From: Sedimentisphaerales bacterium
GTDB lineage: Bacteria > Planctomycetota > Phycisphaerae > Sedimentisphaerales > Anaerobacaceae
Length of the DNA stretch: 47,772 nucleotides
Direction of reading: 5' to 3'
NCBI GenBank assembly: GCA_049644065.1
Contig: JBARRE010000118.1
Location: 1 to 47,772 of the forward strand
How positions within the stretch are numbered: position 1 is the first letter of the stretch; the number at the start of each line of letters is the position of its first letter. Shown here in pieces: positions 8,184-16,008 of the stretch. The position numbers were made by a program, and so were the translations under genes. Under the pieces are notes generated by a model that ran no database searches, was not told where the DNA came from, and saw only the letters and a list, made by a program, of their open reading frames with translations.

Positions 8184-9326
8184 TTATTTCGATGTTTTAT
8201 TCCTGGCCAGGGAATTATCTATATCCGATATGTAACCTCGGATTGTCTTTGCCATCGATTCCGGGATTAAGCCGCCATTGAGAATTTTAACAAAACCCTC
8301 TCGGGCTTTTAAGAGTTGGCCGGTCCGGTAGAAGGCCATGCTGCTGTAATAGAGTTCAGCAATTTCTCTTGCCTGTTTGTCAGACTGGTTGTTATTCTCA
8401 AGCTGCTGTTCGTTCCTGTTTATAACGGAGTCGATCATTCCGAGTACGCGTACGATTTGTGCTCTCTCTTCGGCAGTGAAAGATCTACTGTCTTTGAACT
8501 TTCCAAGATATGCTCCGGCTTGCTGCAGCTCGCCCAGCTCGATTAATCTGCTGGTTTCCCGGAACACCTCAGATAAACTCTTGCTCTCGGGTAAAGTGCC
8601 AGATGCTGTTGGTCCTTGCTTGGGATAAATTTGTTCTTCCGGATCCTTCGCGGACTTAATATATTCTTGCGATGTTGCTTTGGCCACGTTTGCCCGGCCA
8701 AATCCATCGTTTGTCTCGGATGAGCTACCTTTTAAAAGCGCTTTGGCAGAACTTGCGTGAGCGTTGTGGCAGTCAGTACATGCAGATAATTGTTTTGGTA
8801 AATGTGCAGCTATTAATTCGATCGTGTCAATGTCATGGCATTGGTAGCAAAGTCCCGGTTCCGGTGCTATTAGCAGATGTTCGATTTTGCTTTTATGTGG
8901 ATTGTGGCAAAACAGGCACTGGCCAACCGCCACAGGCCCGTGAACAAATGATGCTGATGCAGTATAGTTAGTGTGACAATCGTAGCATAATTTTGGCACC
9001 GGGGCGGTTAAATACGTTTGGGAAGAAAAACTCCGTTGTTTGCGTTTGCCGTGACAAATGCTGCAGTCCTTGCGCGGCTCGTGTACATACCAGACCGGTG
9101 CCTGACCCATCTGTGCAAGCTCAGGAGAGTTTGGATCGAAAGATTCTCCCTGGAGGCCTTCCGGTCCCAGGGGTGGAACACCGTCAAATAAGAAGGTTAG
9201 AGCCTCATGGCGATCAACATCATCGCAGCTTACAAAAAATATGCCAAAAAAGACGAGCAGCATTAACCCGACTGATGCAGGTCTAATGCGAAATTTCATG
9301 ATGTAACGATTTTTAGAACCACACAT
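8184..9326 (-). CDS. Pentaheme c-type cytochrome, putative lipoprotein, with a C-terminal helical (TPR-like) module
   Basis: There are 5 CxxCH motifs: CSICH, CYDCH, CLFCH, CYQCH and CTDCH. The signal ends ...FFVSC. The likely true start is the internal MKFRIR. The C-terminal 58 aa (AELYYSSMAFYRTGQLLKAREGF...) also occurs, in two copies, in the protein encoded by the adjacent upstream gene (9409..11070). Confidence 0.85.
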   Translation of the reverse strand: MCGSKNRYIMKFRIRPASVGLMLLVFFGIFFVSCDDVDRHEALTFLFDGVPPLGPEGLQGESFDPNSPELAQMGQAPVWYVHEPRKDCSICHGKRKQRSFSSQTYLTAPVPKLCYDCHTNYTASASFVHGPVAVGQCLFCHNPHKSKIEHLLIAPEPGLCYQCHDIDTIELIAAHLPKQLSACTDCHNAHASSAKALLKGSSSETNDGFGRANVAKATSQEYIKSAKDPEEQIYPKQGPTASGTLPESKSLSEVFRETSRLIELGELQQAGAYLGKFKDSRSFTAEERAQIVRVLGMIDSVINRNEQQLENNNQSDKQAREIAELYYSSMAFYRTGQLLKAREGFVKILNGGLIPESMAKTIRGYISDIDNSLARNKTSK

Positions 9327-9408
9327 AACTATTAAATACAGAAGCTTAAAATATCTCTTGCCATCAGGCCTTCAAACTTAGCTTATATCATCTCACTATC
9401 TAATTTTA

Positions 9409-11070
9409 TCAAGGCCCGCTACTTTGTCTCTTGATCAAAGTTTTGTTGATATCCGCTAAGTAGTTTTCTATTGTCTTTGCCATTGCCGGCGGAATTAGGC
9501 CGCTTCTCAAGACCCTTGTCAAACCCTCCCGGGCTTTCTCGAGCTGACCGGTACGGTAAAATGCCATACTGCTGTAATATAGCTCTGCAATTCCCTGCTT
9601 GTGTTCATCCGTTGTCAGAACACTGTTGATATCTGTTAGGTAGCCTTGAATCATTTGTGCCGTTTGTGCAGGAAGCAGGCCGCTCTTCAAAACTTCGAGG
9701 AAACCATCTCGTGCTTGTTCAAGTTGACCGGCTTTATACAAGGCTATGCTTCTGTGATAGAGGTCAGCGGTTTTTCTCTGCGGCTCCCACTGTTGAGTGT
9801 CCGTTTTCTGAGGCTCGGGCGACTTCAATGCCGGAGCTTGAATAAGCTGTTGTTGTTGCTCAGGCTTGGGCTCAAACTTCTGAACAAACTCTTCCGGTTT
9901 GTCTATTACCTTGCCATTCGAAGGGAAACTGCCAAAGCCGTATACACTGACCTTGTTCGGGCCGTATTGATTTGTGACTAAAACTAAAAATTCTATATTC
10001 GCGCCTTCTACGGCGTATTGTTTGAAAAATTCTATGTTGTCGTAGTCCAGAACAATCTTCGTGGGCAGATTCATCATTCCCGGTTTATTGCCGGGCAGAC
10101 CGAAAAACAATAGGAGCTGGGCTTGCTCATTATATATTTTTGCAACTTCCGTCCCTGCGTCAACAATCCATATCCTATCTTCTTTATCTATGGCGATGCC
10201 CTTAGGCCTGGCGAACTCATCTATGTTCCTGCCCAATCTGCCGATAGTTCGTCTGAATGCTCCGGATCTGTCAAACTGTGTTATGCGTGCTCCGGCTTTG
10301 TCCGTAACATAAATGTTGCCCTGTCGATCAAGAGCCAGATCGCTAATGAGGGAGAATTCACCATTTTTCAACACCGCCAGAGGTTCTTCCTGTCCTTGTC
10401 CCTTACCTGTCTGTCCCAGGCGTGCTATCTCTCTGCCGGTAGCCTTGTCCATGACAACAATCCGGTTACTGGCAAAGTCAGTCACGTAGCATAGCGAACC
10501 ACGAACAACGACATCGATGGGATTAATCTTTGAATCCTTCCCCAGCATGGCACTAATGTTGTTGTCCCTATCAAATACAAATACGATGCCGGCCGTAGGA
10601 TCAGCTATGTATTTCGTACCATCATCATCGATATAAATATTAACCGGATTCATCAAACGCCGGTCTTTTGTCAGATAACCAAACGTGTGATTCCTGAGAT
10701 CAAGTACCTCCACCATTCTCTTGCCGACATCACATACATACAATTTGCCTTCGAATATCGCTACTCCGTACGGCGTCCTGATACCTTCTGCCTGTTCAGG
10801 TTCACCAAGTATGAACGTTTCGAAAGCACTTGTCTTAACTGCCCCGAGCTCCTCAGGTCCGGAGAAGGACTTGAGGAATTGTAGGCGCGGCGTCTCCGGG
10901 GCAGGAGGAAAGAAAACAGGCTTTGACTCCTGCTCCTGGATGTTAGCAGACCTGCACCCTGAAAAAAGGCACATCGCCCAGATAGCGGTTATATATGCTA
11001 ACCTGTTAATTAATACAGATTTGTGCATTCTCATGACCCTTATTTCGGCAATTTTCGAGGGGCAGGACAA
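9409..11070 (-). CDS. NHL-repeat beta-propeller protein with two copies of the C-terminal helical module; possible lipoprotein
   Basis: It has six NHL-like blades (KLYVCDVGKRMVEVLD, NIYVTDKAGARITQFD and others). The signal ends ...CLFSGC. The likely start is at M13 or M15 (11034 or 11028). After a Q/P/E-rich linker come two ~51-aa repeats (ADLYHRSIALYKAGQLEQARDGF... and AELYYSSMAFYRTGQLEKAREGL...). Confidence 0.85.
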   Translation of the reverse strand: MSCPSKIAEIRVMRMHKSVLINRLAYITAIWAMCLFSGCRSANIQEQESKPVFFPPAPETPRLQFLKSFSGPEELGAVKTSAFETFILGEPEQAEGIRTPYGVAIFEGKLYVCDVGKRMVEVLDLRNHTFGYLTKDRRLMNPVNIYIDDDGTKYIADPTAGIVFVFDRDNNISAMLGKDSKINPIDVVVRGSLCYVTDFASNRIVVMDKATGREIARLGQTGKGQGQEEPLAVLKNGEFSLISDLALDRQGNIYVTDKAGARITQFDRSGAFRRTIGRLGRNIDEFARPKGIAIDKEDRIWIVDAGTEVAKIYNEQAQLLLFFGLPGNKPGMMNLPTKIVLDYDNIEFFKQYAVEGANIEFLVLVTNQYGPNKVSVYGFGSFPSNGKVIDKPEEFVQKFEPKPEQQQQLIQAPALKSPEPQKTDTQQWEPQRKTADLYHRSIALYKAGQLEQARDGFLEVLKSGLLPAQTAQMIQGYLTDINSVLTTDEHKQGIAELYYSSMAFYRTGQLEKAREGLTRVLRSGLIPPAMAKTIENYLADINKTLIKRQSSGP

Positions 11071-11430
11071 ACAAAGTGTACGTCTTTTTGACCGATAGGA
11101 ACTTTTTTGTCTTCGCCGAGTACGTCAATCTTAAAAGTGCTTAGGATTGTATTTATAGATTTGAAAAGGCTACTTTCATTCTCCTGTTCTCAGCCGGTCT
11201 ATAACTTTAGATACTTGGCATCAATCTTCATGGCTAATATGCCTGAAACAGTGGTTTCGAGGAAGGTATTGTAGCGAATACGTGAAGCCTTATGTCAAGC
11301 GCATTTAAGCACCTGACATAAGACATATGAAAGCCTGAATATCTTCGGACGTTATCCCTGCTCATGTCATATGGACAGCAGGCTTTTGAGTATCAGTTGA
11401 AACGCCGATATCACACAGCTTCACACCTGA

Positions 11431-12009
11431 TTATTTCATGTGACACATGCGGCACAGTTCGGGCCCATGCTGGCTGCCGTAATCGTAGCCCCGCAACAGG
11501 CTATCACCGATGCCGGATGTATGAACGTCATGGCAACTGCCGCACTGGATCTTACTCTCCGGATCGAGCAGATCTTCCAGGATTGTTCCTCCAAGCGTGC
11601 TTGCTTCTGAAGGATCTTTCAGAGCTCCATCCTGGGTAGCCAGGGCGGAATCGTACACGAAAGAGATTGGGTGTGAACTTGCCAGTTCATCAGAACCAAA
11701 GCTGTGGTCCGGATTCATCCATGCGAAATTGGGATTGGCACCATCGTGGCAACTCAGGCATAGTTTGGAATTGCCGCTGGGCTGGCCGTCTGCAGTGCCC
11801 TGGAATGTATCGCTGGAATACATCACAAATGTTATAGTTGTTTCGTTGCCGTTCCACAAGGGTACGCCCGGTAACGCTTCTGCGTTGTGCGGCGTGTGAC
11901 ATCCATTGCAGCCAAACAAGTCCGAATGTGCCAATGCCATTACGACCGCCGGTGTTAACAAACCGACAAGGACCACCAGTAAACGTAGTTTCAAAAAATT
12001 CTTATTCAT
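11431..12009 (-). CDS. Small secreted tetraheme c-type cytochrome (192 aa), OmcS/OmcE-like motif pattern
   Basis: It has a signal peptide (...VVMALA) and 4 CxxCH motifs (CNGCH, CLSCH, CGSCH, CRMCH). The last motif is 2 residues from the C terminus. The mature N terminus is HSDLFGCNGCHTPHN. Six additional His residues are available as distal ligands. Confidence 0.9.
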   Translation of the reverse strand: MNKNFLKLRLLVVLVGLLTPAVVMALAHSDLFGCNGCHTPHNAEALPGVPLWNGNETTITFVMYSSDTFQGTADGQPSGNSKLCLSCHDGANPNFAWMNPDHSFGSDELASSHPISFVYDSALATQDGALKDPSEASTLGGTILEDLLDPESKIQCGSCHDVHTSGIGDSLLRGYDYGSQHGPELCRMCHMK

Positions 12010-12351
12010 AACCTCTTCTCCAATTTCGACCTAATGGCTCATTTTACTCATCATGAGCGGTAAGCAAAATCTCTATAGTAACAAACGGTTAATTCATTTC
12101 TTCGGGACCATGAAATATGCTAACGCAAACATACCTCCAAACTCATCAACCGGCCGTATCCATTATAATCAATTTCCGTGCGTAATTCAAGATTTATGAC
12201 TGGTCAGAAAAAAGTTTTTTCCTCAGTCAGGTCATCAATTCCAGGATCCTCTTTCTATGCGCCTGAAGCCCATTGCCCTGGCCCATCATTCTCATTTACG
12301 AGAATAAGGGATGGTAAAATTACTATCGATGAGAAAATTTACTGCTCGCGA

Positions 12352-13374
12352 CTAATCAAAAATAAGCGTTAAGGCTTTGTAGTATGTCTCCATTGCTTTA
12401 TCATTCTGCTGCCTGGTCCGATAAATCTTTCCGAGTTCAAATAAAGCACGTGCGGATTTGGGATCGAGTGTTGTTGCCTCAAGAAGAAGTTTTTCAGCCG
12501 CGTCGAGTTCGCCCATTTGACGTTTTGCCCAGCCGGATATCAATAACAGTCTTGCTTTATCGAGACGGCTGGTGACACTCAGCGATTCTGTTATATCTAA
12601 AGCTGCTTTACTGCGGCCGGCTCTGCAGAAAAGCTCACCGAGCTCCAAAGCTGCTTCGGGGGAATTAGGATCGAGTTCCCTGGCTTTTTGGATTTCCGCA
12701 ACAGCCGATTCAAGGCGGCCTTTTTGCTCGAGTATTTTTGCCATTTGCAGATGCCTTTTGAGACGGGCGGTAATCGTGTCATTGGCGACAGTCTTGACGC
12801 GACCTGCGTCTTCCGGGGCCTTTTTCTGAGCAAGGCCGAGTGCCTGGTTCACATAAGCCCGGACCACCGGGGCAAAGTCGTATCCATGTCCCGCTTTTAT
12901 ACAAAGGACCTTATCATTTGTATCGGAGACGACAACAGTGGGAACAGCGATGATTCCAAACTTGCCCCAAAGCTTGTACTCCGAATCCAACAGGACATGG
13001 ACATTTTTTGCCGGGCCTTTTTTACTTGAAGGAAAATCTAAACCGTTAGGATCATTGACTGCGAAAACGGTCTCCAGACGTTCTGTATTTGTCCCGAGTT
13101 GACGGATAATCTCTTGAACGTCCTCTACGGCTCGGGCCGAGCGTTTATGCCCGGGGGACAAGAACACTACTATTAGAGCTTTGCTCTGGTTGTGCTTGTA
13201 GGTAAACACCTGTCCGGTTATGGTAGTGCCGGAGAATTCCGTCATTATATCGCCGACGGCAAACGTGTGCCGGTCAGCTTGTGCTGTAATGCACCATAGA
13301 GATTGTGCTATTACCAGCACATAGACCGCATAAGTGGCAATTCTACTTCTGACTCCCATTGTTGTCCCTTTCAA
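12352..13374 (-). CDS. Exported thioredoxin-fold (TlpA/ResA-like) domain lacking CxxC, fused to TPR repeats
   Basis: It has a signal peptide (...CITAQA). A redoxin-like segment, KALIVVFLSPGHKRSARAVEDV, has GHKR where the CxxC normally sits. The C-terminal half has TPR-like repeats (ELDPNSPEAALELGELF..., TLDPKSARALFELGKIY...). Confidence 0.65.
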   Translation of the reverse strand: MKGTTMGVRSRIATYAVYVLVIAQSLWCITAQADRHTFAVGDIMTEFSGTTITGQVFTYKHNQSKALIVVFLSPGHKRSARAVEDVQEIIRQLGTNTERLETVFAVNDPNGLDFPSSKKGPAKNVHVLLDSEYKLWGKFGIIAVPTVVVSDTNDKVLCIKAGHGYDFAPVVRAYVNQALGLAQKKAPEDAGRVKTVANDTITARLKRHLQMAKILEQKGRLESAVAEIQKARELDPNSPEAALELGELFCRAGRSKAALDITESLSVTSRLDKARLLLISGWAKRQMGELDAAEKLLLEATTLDPKSARALFELGKIYRTRQQNDKAMETYYKALTLIFD

Positions 13375-13385
13375 CCATCTCTTTC

Positions 13386-14729
13386 CTACTCGGCAGGCCA
13401 GGAAGGATAATCGACGGGATCCTTCCTATCGTAATCTTTCGGCAGGTGACAACCAGGTGCGCAGGAGCCGCCTGTCTGCTTTTTAGTAAATCCAATCGGT
13501 AGTGACCAGGTCCCAAATGTAACACTCTTACGAATGTGCTTGGGCAAGTTGCTGGCGTGTGTCGCATGGCATGAACGACATGTTCGGCCTCTCCGCTCCT
13601 TATTGACATGCAAATAGTGTAGATTCAAGCCGCCGTTCCTGAAATCGGTCAGGTCGGATGTTTCTTTTGTCATGACCAGGTCTTCGGAGTGACAGGCGAA
13701 GCAAAGTTCGTAATTCTCCTTGCGGAAGGGCGCATAAAACTGGGAGGGGTACTCCTTTGCCAAAAGGCGGAAATGCTCGCTGCCGTGTGTGACATGGCAT
13801 CCGCTGCAGTCGTTTTCCGCAACGGGACCGTGTAGAAATTCCTTGCCTTCAAGTTCATCGCTAAAGGCAGGCAGAACCTCGTCTTGGCCCAGATCGTGCG
13901 GCTTGTCATGGCAGGTCAGGCAAAGGCTTTTCGCATCCTTTTGCAGCAGAAACTTCACTGTCGAGGCATGCGGAGTATGACATTGCATGCAGCCGTCGAT
14001 ATCGCCCACGATGCTGTGCTGGTACGTGGAGTTTTCAGCGATTTTCTGGATATCCTTATGACAAGTGTAGCATAGAAAGGGCGCGAGGTTCTTGACCATC
14101 TTTGAGTTGCCCGCTCCGTGCGGATCATGACAGCCGATACAGTCGCTTTTTACAGGCTCGTGTACAAAATCGTATGTCTTCAACTCGTTTTTCATGATGA
14201 CATGGCAAGAGAAACAAAGCTCCGCTTGCTCAGCAACCAATAAGTCTTTATGGTCAGAGCTGTGCATCTCGTGACAGACAGTACATTCGCCGACGGCTGT
14301 CGGCCCATGCAGAAACGAGAGTCCTTCTGTAATTTTATGGCAGTTGTCGCAAAGAGCGGCGACCGTTTTTTCTTGAATCAGGAATTTGTTATCACTGCTG
14401 TGCGGGTCATGGCATTGCATGCAATCGCCTGTCTTCAGAGGTTCGTGAACGATCTTCTTGGCGGCTTGCTCCAAATGGCAGTATTCGCAAAGGTCTCTGC
14501 CTTTCCGCTCGAACTGCCAGGTGTGCTCTTCAGGTTTCAGTGGTTTGTGGCACGAAGTGCAGTCGCCGAGGCTGACTGGGCCGTGGACGTGTGCTTTTTG
14601 GCCGTACTCCGCATGACATTCTTCTGTAACGCATGTCTTTTGCAGCGAAGTCGGTTTTTCCACCGCGAAGCCGTTTGAGATTAATACACAGATTAACAAA
14701 ACTGCCGACTTATAAACTCTGTCTAACAT
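13386..14729 (-). CDS. Periplasmic multiheme c-type cytochrome (13 CxxCH + CX4CH + CX3CH)
   Basis: It has a signal peptide. The CxxCH motifs are CTSCH, CEYCH, CMQCH, CDNCH, CTVCH, CFSCH, CIGCH, CYTCH, CMQCH, CLTCH, CSGCH, CFACH and CRSCH, plus CVTEECH and CAPGCH. The repeated HGPxxxGxCxxCH units are typical of c3/c7-type polymers. Confidence 0.9.
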   Translation of the reverse strand: MLDRVYKSAVLLICVLISNGFAVEKPTSLQKTCVTEECHAEYGQKAHVHGPVSLGDCTSCHKPLKPEEHTWQFERKGRDLCEYCHLEQAAKKIVHEPLKTGDCMQCHDPHSSDNKFLIQEKTVAALCDNCHKITEGLSFLHGPTAVGECTVCHEMHSSDHKDLLVAEQAELCFSCHVIMKNELKTYDFVHEPVKSDCIGCHDPHGAGNSKMVKNLAPFLCYTCHKDIQKIAENSTYQHSIVGDIDGCMQCHTPHASTVKFLLQKDAKSLCLTCHDKPHDLGQDEVLPAFSDELEGKEFLHGPVAENDCSGCHVTHGSEHFRLLAKEYPSQFYAPFRKENYELCFACHSEDLVMTKETSDLTDFRNGGLNLHYLHVNKERRGRTCRSCHATHASNLPKHIRKSVTFGTWSLPIGFTKKQTGGSCAPGCHLPKDYDRKDPVDYPSWPAE

Positions 14730-14824
14730 TATGACACCCTCTCATACTCACTAATGCTCATAATACACTCGTGTTAATAGGTTGACTTCTTATAAAAGTT
14801 TCGTACATATATCAGTTCAACGGT

Positions 14825-15994
14825 CTACCTTGAAGACGCCTGCGTGCGTCTGTAAAGCAGTACTAACATTCCGGACTTTATTCTATAATGGATGGGCTTG
14901 TTTAACTCTAAAACGGCCTGGTGATTTGTGCTGTTTTGCTTAATCGTTGCAATAACAGCAGGGCGCAACAGCCTCTCAGATCCATTTGTATACTCGGTCT
15001 TAATAATTGCCCCGTCCATAACCTTTTCAACGCTGAAAGAGTATTCCATGTCTGCAAAAGGATAAGGGCGGCCAAGGACGGTCCTTTCTGCACGTTTCTT
15101 ACCTTTTTTAGACATAAGTAACCACGGCTTAGTTCCGCTTGCTACGACAAGAATGTGTTTTCCTTCAGCCCCGCGAAGGTCAAAATCACTGAATCTCATA
15201 CGCAAGGGAAGTTTTGTTTCTTCGTGCGGAGATGACGGAAATTTTGCCCAAAGCCATTGCTCGATTGTTTTTTTCCCGTCGTCAATGGCAACTTTAACAG
15301 CAGGATTGACCGGCTTTTGCGATTGACTGACTACCTTCTTTGTCTCAGTATCAATCGAATAATGCGGCAGATATTCTACGATCGTTACTCTGTATTTAGA
15401 CCTTGGTATACTTATTGTTTCTGCAATTTTAGCTACGCACTCGAACGGCTGGCTACCGTCCTCAGGTAAGATCGAAAGAATGCCGACCGCTCTGGAATGT
15501 GTAAGTCCTCGCATCAGCTTCTCAACGCCATTAGTATCATGGAGCCTTCTTATCGTAACACCTCCGATGCTGGAAGATATAGATTGCCTCGCAGGATCAC
15601 CCGAATGGAGCCACATCTCTTGCTTCATATTCTTGCCATTGATTAATAATTTTGCGGCAATTCCTCCGCTGGGATGCTTGACCACATTCGTTTCCCACTT
15701 CAGATCGGGGACATAATCTTCAAGCCTGATCTCGATGGGCGTACCCTTTATCGGCAGGACAGTGTCAAGCTTTTGAGGCTGGGTCTCATCGGAAACAATC
15801 AGCGGGAAACGCAGCCCTTCTCCGTCCAGGCGCATCTTGATGACAATTTCCCATGGTCCTCCAAGAAATGAGTGGTGCGGTCCTGCGGGGGCAGCCAGCG
15901 CCCGATCGACCAAAGTTAGGTTTGCAAATGCTGCTGTGGCGACAATACCCACGACAGCATTCCTAACAAATTTTTTATGTGCCATTGATCCCAT
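14825..15994 (-). CDS. Exported protein of unknown function (389 aa)
   Basis: It has a signal peptide (...DRALAAPAG) and no heme motif. It is tightly packed, 14 nt downstream of the NapC-type gene. The C-terminal segment LELNKPIHYRIKSGMLVLLYRR weakly recalls the ResB/Ccs1 periplasmic VNxPLxYxG motif (speculative). Confidence 0.55.
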   Translation of the reverse strand: MGSMAHKKFVRNAVVGIVATAAFANLTLVDRALAAPAGPHHSFLGGPWEIVIKMRLDGEGLRFPLIVSDETQPQKLDTVLPIKGTPIEIRLEDYVPDLKWETNVVKHPSGGIAAKLLINGKNMKQEMWLHSGDPARQSISSSIGGVTIRRLHDTNGVEKLMRGLTHSRAVGILSILPEDGSQPFECVAKIAETISIPRSKYRVTIVEYLPHYSIDTETKKVVSQSQKPVNPAVKVAIDDGKKTIEQWLWAKFPSSPHEETKLPLRMRFSDFDLRGAEGKHILVVASGTKPWLLMSKKGKKRAERTVLGRPYPFADMEYSFSVEKVMDGAIIKTEYTNGSERLLRPAVIATIKQNSTNHQAVLELNKPIHYRIKSGMLVLLYRRTQASSR

Positions 15995-16008
15995 ATCTGC
16001 AACTTACA

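Noticed and set aside
11289-11322. An inverted repeat, cttatgtca-N16-tgacataag, with further TGTCA/TGACA copies nearby (to ~11380), between the tetraheme and NHL genes
   Set aside because: The stem is AT-rich with a long loop and no U-tract on the minus strand, so it is not a convincing terminator. I found no matching operator elsewhere in the window to support a regulator site. It remains a weak possibility only.
12190-12235. A hairpin-like A6/T6 region downstream of the Trx/TPR gene
   Set aside because: The arms pair imperfectly (atgactggtcag versus ctcagtcaggtcat), and the core is a weak A/T palindrome. Support for a terminator is insufficient.
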